This document shows, in pieces, positions 21,737 to 57,010 of a DNA stretch of 64,000 nt (the first letter of the stretch is position 1; each line of letters starts with the position of its first letter). This DNA comes from the human T2T-CHM13v2.0 reference genome, Homo sapiens. The position numbers and the translations under genes are program-made. The stretch lies in assembly GCF_009914755.1 (NCBI RefSeq), contig NC_060936.1; one strand, 5' to 3'. The notes beneath the pieces are model-generated. The model had not been told where the DNA came from and did no database searches. It was given only the letters and a program-made list of their open reading frames with translations.

Positions 21737-23830
21737 TTATAGCACAAAACTCCCAGCCCTAGGTTCTAAGCTATGGCTCTTCAGCGAGACTCACCTCTAG
21801 CAGAGAGAACTACCTCTGACCCATTGGCCTTGTCTGACCAGTTCTATCTGAGCAGCATAGTACAAAGCTGTGCCAGTTTATAGTAGTGTCATGGGATTCT
21901 TGGGATGTCACTTTTCCAGCTGGAAACCTCTGTGGCCAGTGGTGCCTTTGCCCAAGTGTTGCTCGGGCTCACTGTGTTTGTTCCACCCACTTGGCCTGGC
22001 AGGCTGTGCTCTGCTTGTGCTACTGGCCTGGATTCCATGCCTGCCATGGGTGAACCAGATGTGCAGCAGCAAGGGGTGTGTGAGCATGGGGTCTGGCCAC
22101 ACTGTGCACAGCCAGGCATGCCGGCTGCAGCAGACAGGGAGCTCCAGGCACCGGCTCCATGTGAGGTTGTGGCTGGACCAGACATACTGCAAGCAGCTTC
22201 CACTGCAGGCACCAGGGAATGCGGTGGCACCTGGGAGCTTGGAGACACCAGGAACCACAGAGCCCCAAAGAGGGTGTCATAGCCCTGGCTCTGGGAGCCC
22301 CTGGGTCTGGGCTTCTCAAAGAGCCACAGCTCTTCTCTTCTTCTAGTCGCCCACATAGTGGCAAGCAGTGGAGTGACAGGGCCGGGCGGGGGGGGCGGCG
22401 GGCGTGTTTCAGCCCTGTTTGTGTTACAGCTCTTTCAGTTCCACCATTCCTTGGGTCCTGAGTTCTTGTCCATATCCAGGAAGAATGAGGTACACAGACA
22501 ACTGGAGGGCAGGGCAGAGAGGAGCTTCATTGAGCGACACAGCAGCCCTCAGGAGACTGGCAGTGAGTAGCTCCTTTCCACATGCAGGTCGATTCAATGT
22601 CTCTGTGAGTGGCTGAGTCCAAGGTTTTCATGGGCTTCAGAAGGGAGGAAGTGCATGCTGATTGGGCCATGGATGGCCCAGAATAAGCATCATGAGTTCT
22701 CATTCTGGGCGATGGACTCCACCCAGAAGTGACAGTCCGGCACCCAGGCTTCAGGCTGTCCCTGGCTTAAAGGTGGTACTTCACTGGACCTGCACCTTTC
22801 CACCCAGGAGCCTGCCTTCTGCCACCATCAATAATGTCATCCACGGGACCCAAGCTGTTCCTGCTGAGGGGCACTTGCAGACCCCTGCCAAGTCACCCTT
22901 GGCTCCCCCTCAGCCCCTCTCCCATGCTTGTCAGTGTACAAAGTTTAGAGGGGGCCAAGGTGGCAGGGGGCTGGTGTGTCAGCACCGCCAGGAGGGTGTG
23001 CACACATGGCCAGGTCACAACAGTGCTGGGCTTGGCCTCAACTTTGCTCTAAAAACAGAGTGGGAAGAGGCTAGGCAGTGGGAGCATGCACTTCTGAGTC
23101 TGCGGGGGCAGTGAGGCTTCGTAGGCCCCTAAGAGCATAGGGATGCCTGGATCCACAGCTGTGGCTGTGCTGCTGTAGCTGCACCCAGGAGGGTGGGGAC
23201 CCGCCAACTTGAAAGGGGGCGGGGCTCCTGCCTGTTCCTGGCTCTCCCTGGTTCTGTGGAGCATGCAGCCCTCACCACACCTCCCCGGCCGCAGCTGGCG
23301 TCTTTGCAGTGACCACTCCAGATGGGCTGCCACTGCCAGGAGTAGGTTCCCACTCCTGGCAAAAACTGGAACACATTGTGCTCAGGATATTCCTGCCCCT
23401 GCTCACAGTACTCAGTGGGAAAGACACATCTGGCTTTTCCTGGGTCTGATTGAAGCCCGTCTTAACACCTGCAGAACAGAGGCCATGGTATCACCTGGCA
23501 TGCTCCTCCTTATGCCACTGAAATTCCAGAATCCTTGGAGCTGGTGTGTATGGGACTATGTGGCTTTCACACATCCCACCCTGTATAGCCAAATCTTCAG
23601 GGCCTGGCATCAAGTTTAGGAGTCAGCCTGCTCCAGGGCTTTCCTTAGTGCCGGGCCTACTAGATCCTGGGTAGAGAGGACATATGGAAGACACCAGGCA
23701 GGAACTTTGGAAGCCAGGTCTGGCAGAACCAGGGCTCTGCAAATACGAAGCAAGGGACATCAGGGCCTTAGTTTGGGTTCCATATGAAATGGCAGCCAGA
23801 GTGTGTGCAACATGTAGCAGTAAATGATCA
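21737..23830 (-). pseudogene. APOF-like pseudogene, split by a MER52 solo LTR, with frameshifts, stops and an internal deletion
   Basis: Minus-strand peptides HLLLH..AISYGTQTKALM, CQTWLPKFLPGVFHMSSLP, ALRKALEQA, EYCEQGQE..HNVFQFLPGVGTY|Y, GTALYYAAQ, SEVVLSA and KSHSLEPRAGSFVL* are colinear with APOF as recalled (YLLLHPVDATSYGKQTNVLM, CQFLHPKSLPGFSHMAPLP, ALRNALEEA, EDCENEKEQAVHNVVQLLPGVGTFYNLGTALYYATQ, SEVVSSA, KSYDLDPGAGSLEI*). AATAAA at 21658-21663. Confidence 0.88.
21887..23341 (-). mobile_element. MER52-family solo LTR inserted in the APOF-like pseudogene
   Basis: TSD GTAG at 21883-21886 and 23342-23345. Shares motifs with the other MER52 LTRs (CTCTGTGGCC..GGTGCC, GAGTTCTTGTCC, GCACACTCC/GCTCC blocks). 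Confidence 0.85.
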
Positions 23831-24159
23831 GCTGAAGTGGGAGTTAGAAAACAGACCGTTTCACTCACCCATTACCTCCAGGCTTGTGTTCATTTTAGGT
23901 TAAAGCCCAGTTACATAGGAAATGGTACCGCACTGATCTTATTTGATTTCTCCTATTCCCTGGTCACCAGGGCCTTCCTCTGCTTCACTTTCTACTTAAA
24001 TATTTGAGAGCACCAAATTACCAGAGGGTAGTCAGTGAGAGGTGGGCTTTCCCAGGTAGGTTATTCCAGTCCCAGTTCTCTGTCTCATGAGAGGGGACAG
24101 TTGCTTGTCTCTAAGGTCAGTAAGGGCACAATTTTGGCAAACATTTGCCTATTTGCCCT

Positions 24160-24470
24160 GTGGTGTTCTGCTCAAATCTCCCTTCAAGAGAACACAGAGT
24201 GAACATTCTATTTGGCCGACAGCTTCCACTCTTTAGAATGTTCTGCAGTGATCACAGCAGCATCCCTCTCTACAGGCTGCTCTGAGACAATGACAGGTGG
24301 ACAGTGCTAGAGCCCAGCCAAGTCGGCCAGACATGGGACTCCTCAGTCATGTAATCTTCATTCTGGGGCTCTGTATCAACTTGGCCAAGATTTTCTGAGT
24401 AGCACTGTAATTTTTCTCTTTCTCCCTTTCATACATGTGTGACTGTCATCGTGATCTATAGGTTCTCCCA
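24160..24470. mobile_element. Probable old MaLR (MLT1) LTR remnant
   Basis: Weak resemblance to MLT1 consensus as recalled. Confidence 0.4.
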
Positions 24471-24714
24471 ATCTATACCTGAATTGATATGTACTGACTA
24501 ATCAGAGCTTGTTTAGGTGTCAGAAATGCCGCAAAAGCAGTATCTACCTCTTGCTCCCACATTCCCAGCTTAATCCAAGAGACCCAGAATAAGGAGAAAT
24601 CAGACGGCTGTGATTCAAATATGTAAGAAATAGCTTTTTACTCCTCTTCTCATTTAAAAATTTCCAAAGGGTAAATAAACGGAAAAGGACAAAAATACCT
24701 CTTGTGCCTAATAA

Positions 24715-26716
<2,002 letters not shown>

Positions 26717-26839
26717 CTGTTGGTCTCTTTTTACCCTAAAATTGTTAAGTTCTTCTTTCAAGAGCACAGCAGGGGAAGGGCTGGGGAACTTAGACATATC
26801 GCCAAGTCAGACTGAGATGAGAACTTCTAATCTTACATG

Positions 26840-26845
26840 TTTAAT
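26840..26845 (-). terminator. TIMELESS: Candidate TIMELESS polyadenylation signal ATTAAA
   Basis: tttaat on +, about 570 nt after the stop codon. It is the first AATAAA/ATTAAA hexamer I found on that strand. Confidence 0.55.
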
Positions 26846-27410
26846 ACCAAACACAAAGCAAACACATTCATCATCTAGAGTACTATATTCCAACCCTATC
26901 TCAAATGCAGGAATGGGCCTCTATCTGGTATCTAGAGGATGATCATAGGAAACAAAATGAGGACAGAGGCATCTGGTATCTTCTAAAAGTGGTACAAAAC
27001 TCCCGCCTGTCATGTCATAAAGCTCCCCATCTGGTGCTGCGACCCACCTCCAAGAGAAAGCCAAAGGAACAGACCAATAAAAGGGGTCCGGGGTGCTTTC
27101 TCTATTTCACTCACTCCTCTTATTTGCTAAGGAGCTCCAATAACCAAAAGAAATGGTTCCTAGAAGAAGAGAACTAAATCTCCAGAGAGCTGCTGGGGCA
27201 TACCGATAAAAACTGGGAGAAACAAAGACTGACAGCAGAGAAGTCCAATACTGCTGCTGAAGTTTCTCAGCCTAAATCCGTGAAAGAGCCTGGGATTCTA
27301 CTGCTCTGTCCAGTAAGAGGAGCTTCTGGGTCCTGTATGACCCTTCCAACTCTGACTTGAATGCACCATCTAAAAACGTGTCTATCTCTACCCCTAGGCT
27401 TCTTAGCTCT

Positions 27411-43882
<16,472 letters not shown>

Positions 43883-45505
43883 ACATCAGTGGACCAACCA
43901 ATAGAGAAGGAAGTGGAGAAACAGGAGACAGAAATGATGAGGCCTGGAGAAATAGAGAAAGATAAAAAATGTAAGTTCCTCTCCATGAAAAGAAGATAGG
44001 AACAGGACGAGGCCCTAATGCTCAGAATATTCTGAACAAGATCCTCAAATGTTTGACTTTTGTCACAACCAAAAGTTCTGCTCTCAGCCCCAGAGAAAGT
44101 TTTAAATAATGGCTTCTACCTGATCAAAACCAAAGAGGCTCCAGCCTATGAATTAAGCACCTACCCTGGCCAGGCGCGGTGGCTCACGTCTGTAATCCCA
44201 GCACTTTGGGAGGCCAAGGCAGGCAGATCACCTGAGGTTGGGAGTTCGAGACCAGCCTGACCAACATGGAGAAACCCTGTCCCTACTAAAAATACAAAAT
44301 TAGCCGGGCGTGGTGGCGCATGCCTATAATCCCAGCTACTCGGAAGGCTGAGGCAGGAGAGTGGCTTGAACCCAGGAGGCAGAGGTTGTGGTGAGCCAAG
44401 ATCATGCCGCCACACTCTGGCCTGGGCAACAGAGCGAGACTCTGTCTCAAAATAAATAAATAAATAAAATTGTTAGACCCTGGCTGGGCACAGTGGCTCA
44501 TGCCTATAATCTCAGCATTTTAGGAGGCCAAGACATGATGATCATTTGCCCCAGTGTTCAAGATTAGCCTGGGCAACATTGTGAGACCCCATCTGTACAA
44601 AAAGCCAACCGTTGTGGCACACACCTGCACTCCTACCTACTCGGGAGGCCGGCTGAGATGAGAGGACTACTTGCGCCTAGGTGTTTGAGGTTGCAGTGAG
44701 CTGTGATTGCACCACTACACTCCAGCCTGGTCTACAGAGTCTCTGGAAAAAATAAATTGCTCAACCCTGTCACCCTCCACTTTCTGTGGCTCTTCCAGGC
44801 AGACACAGCTCTGATGTACCACAGGAATTTAAAAAACCGAGCTCTGGCCATACAGTGATTCCACCAAGGATCTAATACATCTCAGGAGCCCTGAGGCTTC
44901 TGAGACACTGCGAATGTGTAGAGAAAGGTCCTTCACTCTCCTCTCCAAAGTTACTCTTAAACCTTGGTAATTTCAGTAGAAATCAGCATCTAACAGAACA
45001 GGTGAGGAAATGGAGTGAACAGAAACTGGTACATTCCCTATCACTATCTCCCAAAGAATCATCTTCTTTTAAAAAAAAAAAAAAAAGAGAAACAGGGTTT
45101 CACTCTGTTGCCCAGGCTGGAGTACAGTGGCATGATCACAGCTCATTGTAACCTCAAATTCCTGGGCTCAAGCAGTCCTCCTGCCTCAGCCTCCTGAGTA
45201 GCTATGACTCTGGGCATGTGCCATCATGCCTGGCCTTTTAAAAAATTTTTGTAGGCCAGGTGCGGTGGCATCCCAGCACTTTGGAAGGCCAAGGCAGGCA
45301 GATCACCTAAGGTCAGGAGTTCGAGACCAACTTTGCCAACATGGTGAAACCCCATCTTCTACTAAAAATACAAACATTAGCTGGGCGTTGGCCGGGCACG
45401 GTGGCTCATGCCTGTAATCCCAGCACTTTGGGAGGCTGAGGCGGGCGGATCATGAGGTCAGGAGATTGACACCATCCTGGCTAACACGGTGAAACCCCCT
45501 CTCTA

Positions 45506-45739
<234 letters not shown>

Positions 45740-45965
45740 TCAGCTATGTCCTTTAAAATCCATAATCACTATGAAAAACTCCATACTGTCTATGGAAAAA
45801 CCAAACTCTGACAAATATTTAAAGAGACTTATTCTTAGCCAATGAGTAACTGCAGTCCAAGAAAACACTAATTTAAGAAGTCTTGGCTGGGCGTAGTAAC
45901 TCATGCCTGTTATCTCAGCACTTTGGGAGGCCGAGGTGTGTGGATCACCTTAGGTCAGGAGTTCA

Positions 45966-46205
<240 letters not shown>

Positions 46206-46632
46206 TCAGTAGAAAGGAATGTTTAATATTAGCGTAAGTTAGTTAAGGAAGTCTGCTAACCATCGTGTGATTGATGCTATGCCAGAGTCAAGTTATGAGA
46301 GCAAGCCATAACATACTGGGTCCAAGTGACCTGTTTAGCAAGATGGATGGGCTGCAGACATGGCTCTCTCCAGGCTCCTCAGAAAGGAATTTAGAACACC
46401 GAACAGTGGTCAGAATTCAGTAAGAATACATTATCCTTATTTTTCTCATTTCACTTCAGACGGATGGAAATGTCATCATATATTAGTGTTCTTCTAGCAT
46501 TTAGAAATCATTGATTTATATAGTAAAAATCATAAACCAGTCCAACAAAAGGAAAGCTCCATGCTGTAGGGCTTCATTTTGTTTTGCTCATTGCTGCATT
46601 CTCCAGTGCCTAGAATAGAGCTTGGCATATAG

Positions 46633-46770
<138 letters not shown>

Positions 46771-47213
46771 TAGCTTGAATTACAGGCGCACGCCACCATA
46801 CCAGGCTAACTTTGTATTTTTAGTAGAGACGGGGTTTTACCATATTGGCCAGATGTGTCTTGAACTCCTGACCTCAGGTGATCCACACACCTCGGCCTCC
46901 CAAAGTGCTGGGATTACATGCTTGAGCCACTGCGCCCAGCCAAGCATGCAATAAATATTTGCCGAATTTTGAATCAACAGATTATCCTGGGTCATACCCT
47001 TTGAAACAGTAAACTGATTTCAGAAAATATAACTGAAGAAAATAATTCATAAAAGAAAGGAAATCATTTGTACAAAACCAAAAATAGTAATACCTTTTCC
47101 TAGTACACTCAAGTTTGCAAAATGATTTTATAGCTTTTTTTTTTTTGAGACAGGGTCTCACTCAGGCACCCAGGCTGGCACCCAGGAGTGCAGTGGTACA
47201 ATCACGGCTCACT

Positions 47214-47757
47214 GTAACTGAGGAAGCAGAATACAGAAAATGAGGCAGGATAATAGTAAAGGGAATTTAAAGTTGGATAAAGGGCAGAATGAGTAAGAAC
47301 ATGAGAGCAGAAGCAAGGTGAAGGGGTAGGTGAGCAAGAAGCAAGATAAAAGGCAGAAGTTAAGCAGGCCAAAACAAAAAGTAAGCTAAGAGAAGCAAGC
47401 AAGGACCCCATGGCCCGCAGGATCAAGACCAAACCAGCAAGGGGCAGCTCTTCAGGGCAAGTCATATGCATCAAAGAGAAAAAGTGTCCTTATGATGACC
47501 CCGTATGATAATCAACTCATCAACGCTCATGCACATGGACTGCATATCATGCATGTACTTAAAATTATGGGATGGAGGCAGCAGGCAAGCACTAAGCAAC
47601 ACACCCATCAATCAAAAAGGCAGACACTGACTAGAGATTAGGCAGCCAAAAAAACACATAAAAAGACCCAAACTACACCAAACTAATGCTGATCTCATTT
47701 TGCAGAGGTCAGTCTGCTCTCTCGCTCCGAGAGTGTTAATACTGGGCTTGATAAACA
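47214..47757 (+). mobile_element. Unclassified ERV LTR fragment between Alu pieces, TIMELESS intron 1
   Basis: TG start, purine-rich U3-like region, CATAAAA TATA-like motif and GATAAA polyA-like motif. Family not identified. Confidence 0.5.
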
Positions 47758-48213
47758 TTTTTTTTTTTTTCTGAGATGGAGTTTCGCTCTGTCACCCAGC
47801 CTGGGGTGCAGTGGCACGATCTTGGCTCACTGCAACCTCTGCCTCCCTCCCGGGTTCAAGCGATTCTCCTGCCTCAGCGTCCCAAGTAGCTGGGATTACA
47901 GGCATGCACCACAACACCCAGCTAATTTTGTATTTTTAGTAGAAACGAGGTTTCTCCATGTTGGTCAGGCTGGTCACAAACTCCCGACCTCTGGTGATCT
48001 GCCCGTCTTGGCCTCACAAAGTGCAGGGATTACAGGCGTGAGCCACCGTGCCTGGCTTGCCCAGCTAATTTTTTGGTATTTCTGGTAGAGACAGGGTTTC
48101 ACCATGTTGCCCAGGCTGCTCTGGAACTCCTGACTTCAAGTGATCCTCCTGCCTCCTAATTATGCTAACTCAAATTTGAAAGTCTATATTTAAAAAGGGC
48201 ACAGCCAGGTTCA

Positions 48214-48573
<360 letters not shown>

Positions 48574-48668
48574 TCAGTGAAAGAAGCCAAACACAGCCGG
48601 GTGCAGTGGCTCACACCTGTAATCCCAGCACTTTTGGAGGCCAAGGTGGGCAGATCACCCTGAGGTCA

Positions 48669-48925
<257 letters not shown>

Positions 48926-49759
48926 TCATATATTGTATGATGGAATTTATATGAAATGTCCAGAATAGGCAAATGCAATAGGCTGATATGGGCACAGTGG
49001 CTCACGCCTGTAATCCCAGCACTTTAGGAGGCTGAGGTGGGCAGAAATGGTTGTACAACTCTCTGAATATACTAAAAATCACAGAATTGTACAGGGGTTT
49101 TCTTTTTTTTTTTTTTTCTTTTGAGACAGGGTCTCACTCTGTTGACCAGCCCAGGTTGGAGTACAGATCAATCATGACTCGCTATAGCCTCAACTCCTTG
49201 GCCCAAGCAATCCTCCCACCTCAGCCTCCCAAGCAGCTGGGACCACAGGCATTCAATACCACATCTGGCTAATTTTTAAATTTGTGTAGAGCTGGTACCT
49301 CCCTATGTTGCCCACACTGGTCTCAAACTCCTGACTGGCCTCAAGCAATCCTCCTGCCTTGGCCTCCCAAAGTGCTGAGATTACAGGTGTGAACCACCAC
49401 ACCTAGCCTGAATTGTACACTTTAAAAGGGTGAATTTTACAGTATATGAATTATATCTCAAACAGCCGTTATAAACAACACTCCACACAATTACTATACG
49501 CATTCTGTTTCTACCATTTTAACACCAAAAAAACTACAGACAAAAATCTCAGGATAAAATACTGTCCTTCAAATTTAATAAATATGACTTCATGAAAAAA
49601 TTCATTACATTGACTTTATTTTCACATTTCATCATAGACCAGGTGAGAACTTTGTCAAACACCACAGAGCCAATGGAACTGGACATTTAAAAGGGATGTT
49701 AGTTACTTTTCCTACTCAACTAAGTATCAAGCAGTTCAGATGAAGCAATATGCATCTGA

Positions 49760-50127
<368 letters not shown>

Positions 50128-50403
50128 TGAGCCACTGCGCCCGACCAAATAAACTTACTTTTTGAAGACGAAACAAAACACTCTACCTGCCCCAAACCAA
50201 CTCTGCTCCAAGGATCCTCTTTGAGACCCAGTAGTATGAACAAAATGGCATCTAGCACTTGAATTCCAATTCTGTCTGGTACTAAACTGGTGAACTTGAG
50301 CAGGTGGCTTAACTAAATCTCTTTCCTTATCAGTATACTGAGGAAATAATAATAATACCCACCCTCACAAGATATTAGGGAAGTGTAAATGAGATCATGT
50401 AAA

Positions 50404-51213
<810 letters not shown>

Positions 51214-51252
51214 TTAGTCCCAGCTACCCAGGAGGCTAAGGCAGGAGGATCA

Positions 51253-51384
<132 letters not shown>

Positions 51385-51647
51385 TTAATTTCCTCTCCAT
51401 CTGTCAGACTCTATAGTCAGTTACTAAATGCTTAGGGAGAACCTTCCTGGCAAAAGATAGCGTGCAGGTGCAATGGTAGCGCTAAAGAAATTTAAGAAAT
51501 GTAGATGCAGAGGCCAGGCGCGGTGGCTCACGCCTGTAATCCCAGCACTTTGGGAAGCCAAGGCGGGTGGATCACAAAGTCAGGAGTTCATGACTAGTCT
51601 GGCCAACATGATGAAACCCCGTCTCTACTAAAACTAACAAAAAATTA

Positions 51648-51915
<268 letters not shown>

Positions 51916-52445
51916 CTAGTACTCTTTTCAGGTTAAAGTGGTCAAGGAGGTTTTGTCTGAGGAAGCATGATTAGAACTGGGCCTTTGAAAGCTGCATAGG
52001 ATTAAGGCAGCTGGGAATAGGATGGGCATTTAAGCAGAGAACTGCCAGTGCAAAACCAAAGAGGGAGCCATTATGAATAGATGAGTCCAACAGGAAAGCA
52101 ATGGAAAAGCAGCTGGAACCAGCTTTATGGGAAAAACCTCATCTTTGTCCATCAGTTCAAAGATTTAGAACCTAAGCCAGGGAGCCACTGAAGATTTCTG
52201 AGCTAGAAAACAAAATGATCAAACCAGGGTCACACATATCCTACTACTGTATCACTATATACATCAGTTTGGCCATTTTCCCGTGTGGCCTCTATCTCTT
52301 TTCCTTTCAGTGCACTCACCCTGCAAAAGACCATACATAACCTCAGATCAATGCAACCATCTGCTTCCTAGACTTCAATTCAAATCTAGGCCCAGATGTG
52401 CTGGAGAAAACCAAACGACCCTCTATAGTGATATAAGATAGATGA

Positions 52446-53546
52446 TGTTGCGGGAAGTCAGGGACCCCGAATGGAGAGACCGGCTGAAGCCACAGCAGAA
52501 GAACATAAATTGTGAAGATTTCATGGACATTTATTAGTTCCCCAAATTAATACTTTCATAATTTATTACGCCTGTCTTTACTGCAATCTGTGAACATAAA
52601 TTATGAAGATTTCATGGACATTTATCACTTCCCCAATCAATACTCTTATAATTTCCTATGCCTGTCTTTAATCTCTTAATCCCGTCATCTTCATAAACTG
52701 ACAATGTATGTCATCTCAGGACCCTGTGATCACTGCATTAACTGTACAAATTGTTTGTAAAACGTGTGTTTGAACAATATGAAATCAGGGCACCCTGAAA
52801 AAGAACAGAACAACAGCGATTTTCAGGGAACAAGGAAAGATACCATAAGGTCTGACTGCCTGGGGGGTCAGGCAGAATAGAGCCATAGTTTTCTTCTTGC
52901 AGGGAGCCTATAAACGACATGTGAGTAGGAGAAATATCACTGAATTCTTTTCCCAGCAAGGAATATTAATAATTGATAACCCTGGGGAAGGAATGCATTC
53001 CCAGGGGTAGGCCTATAGACGACTGCTCTGGGATTATCTGTCTTATGCGGTTGAGATAAGGGATGAAATATGCCCTGGTCTCCTGCAGTGCCCTCAGGCT
53101 TACTAGGATTGGGAAATTCCAGCCTGGTGAATTCTAGTCAGACTGGTTTTCTGCTCTCAAACCCTGTTTCCTGTTAAGATGTTTATCAAGACAATGTGTG
53201 CCCAGTGGGACATGGACCCTCATCAGTAATTCTAATTTTGCCCTTGCCTTGTGATCCTGCTCTGCCCTTTTGCCTTGTGATCTTTTATTGCCCTTTGAAG
53301 CATGTGATCTCTGTGATCCACTCCCTATTCGTACCCCCCTCCTCTTCTAAAATCCCTAATAAAAACTTGCTGGTTTTGCGGCTCAAGTCGCCATCATGGT
53401 CCTACCAATACGTGATGGCACCCACAGAGGCCCAGCTGTAAAATTCTTCTCTTTGTAGTCTTTCTCTTTATTTATGAGACCAGCTGACACTTAGGGAAAA
53501 TAGAAAAGAACCTACATTGAAATATTGGGGGCTGGTTCCCCCGATA
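52446..53546 (+). mobile_element. MER11 (HERV-K11/HML-8) solo LTR, antisense in TIMELESS intron 1
   Basis: TGTTGCGGGAAGTCAGGGACCCCGAATGG start, ...GGGGGCTGGTTCCCCCGATA end, degenerate 6-bp TSD AGATGA/ACATGT. Confidence 0.92.
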
Positions 53547-53846
53547 ACATGTATAGCCTGCAACCTGAGCAGGGCCTTCAGCCTGGTCCAGCAAATCATT
53601 TCGGTATTCTTTTTTTTTTTTTTTTTTGAGACAGAGTCTTGCTCTGTCATACAGGCTGGAGTGCAGTGGCGTGATTTCGGCTCACTGCATCTCCGCCTCC
53701 TGGGTTCAAGCGATTATCTTGCCTCAGCTTCCCAAGTAGCTGGGATTACAGGTGCCCGCCACCACGCTTGGCTAATTTTTGTATTTTTAGTAGAGACATG
53801 GTTTCACCATGTTGGCCAGGCTGGTCTGGAACACCTGACCTCGTGA

Positions 53847-54050
<204 letters not shown>

Positions 54051-54853
54051 TGAGGTTATCAGACATGAACTCTCTCAACTCTCTCCACCCAAGCCTAAAA
54101 ACATACATATTTCAAACACCCACCCTTAGTTCTTTGCTTCTAATCTAAGTACTCTGTGATCCTCATTAATCACTTCCTGTCCCTTAGTTGGTTATTCCTT
54201 ATTTCCAACCTTCCCTTTATACTAGCCCCATCCCCATATATTATGAGTTGCTCAAGGCTATTCCATCTGTTTTTTTCTTTTGAGGCAGTATCTCAAAAGT
54301 GTAGTGATGTGCAGTGGTGCGATCTCGGCTCACTGCAGCCTCAAGCCCCCAGGCTCAAGCTATCCTCCGACCGCAGCCTCCCAAAGTGCTGGGATTACAG
54401 GCATGTGCCCCCACACCTGTCCTAGCTCATCTTAAGGGGGGAAAAATCCAACATAAAATAAAACTTTCCCCTTTGATCTCTTATTGGCTGTTCCTCCTCC
54501 TACTTAAGTGCTGATTTTCCTTAGGCCTGCATCTTTAGCCTTCTTCCCTTCTCACTGTACGCGGCCTGATTGGGCAAACTCACCCTCTCCCATGCACTTC
54601 AACTACCACCCAAGCCAGAAGCCAGCAAATCTGTATTTCTGGCCCCTCTGAGCTATTGAGTTGACAATCTCGTATGTTAAACTGACTAACTGAATAGCAT
54701 TCTCTACCTTTATGTCTCAAAGATACCTTACACTCAATAGGTCTAAAGCTGAACTCATCTTCCCAAGTCTGTCTCCACTTTGGCTCTCTCAAGGACTGAC
54801 ACTATCTCCTCAGTGAAGAAGGCTAAGAGTTTCACCTTATTAAAAGAAACCTA

Positions 54854-55228
<375 letters not shown>

Positions 55229-55501
55229 TCACCTGAGGTTGGGAGTTCAAGACTAGCCTGACCAACATGGAGAAACCCTGTCTCTACTAAAAATACAAAA
55301 TTAGCTGGGTGTAGTGGTGCATGCCTGTAATCCCAGCTACTCAGGAGGCTGAGGCAGGAGAATCGCTTGAGGCGGAGGTTGCAGTGAGCTGAGATCGCAC
55401 CACTGCACTCCAGCCTGGGCAACAAGAGCGAAACTCTGTCTCAAAAAAAAAAAAAAGAAACCTAGGAGTCACCTTAGCTCCATCTCACTTAACTTCCTTA
55501 A

Positions 55502-55780
<279 letters not shown>

Positions 55781-56666
55781 TAATTTTTGTATTTTTTCTA
55801 GAGACAAGGTTTTGTCATGTTGCCCGGGCTGGTCTTTAACTCCTGGGCTCAAGCGACCCACCCACCTGGGCTCCCAAAGTGCTGGGATTACAGGCATGAA
55901 TGCAGCTGCCTCCAGTCTTGTTCAATCTAGCCTCAATATGGTTACCTGATTTAGGCATATAACAATCCTGCTTAGAACACTTCAATGGATACATAAGAAA
56001 CTTCATAGTGATCGTCTCTGAGAACTAGGGGATCTAGGATAGGAGAAATATTTGTCTTTCCCTTTGGTACTATTTGAATTCTTTACTATTAGCATGCATT
56101 ACTATACAAAACTAAAGTTTCAGTGACCTCCAGTGCCTACAATACAAAGTCTTTCATGAATCTCTCTCCTGTTTACCTCTCACGCTTCTCTCTCAAGCCA
56201 CTACTCTATCTAGAATGGCCTCCCATCCAAATATCAGCTTAGCTCTGAAGACTCTGTGCAGGCCAGGCGCAGTGGCTCATGCCTGTAATCCCAGCACTTT
56301 GGGTGGCTGAGGCGGATGGATCGCCTGAGGTCAGGACTTCAAGACCAGCCTGGCCAACATGGTGAAACCCTGTCTCTACTAAAAATAAAAAAAATTAGCC
56401 AGGTGTGGTGGTGGGTGCCTGTAATTCCAGCTACTTGGGAGGCTGAGCCAGGAGAATCGCTTGAACCTGGAAGACCACGCCACTGCACTCCAGCCTGGAC
56501 AATAAGAGCAAAACTCCATCTCAAAAAAAAAAAAAAAGACTGCCCAAAAGGGACTTCCTCCTGACTTCTCCATACAGAAGTGACCTCCTTTTCCTTAATG
56601 TCTACTGTGTACCATATTCAGACTTCCAACATGGTACTTACAATTCATGTTGTATATAATAGTTAA

Positions 56667-57010
<344 letters not shown>

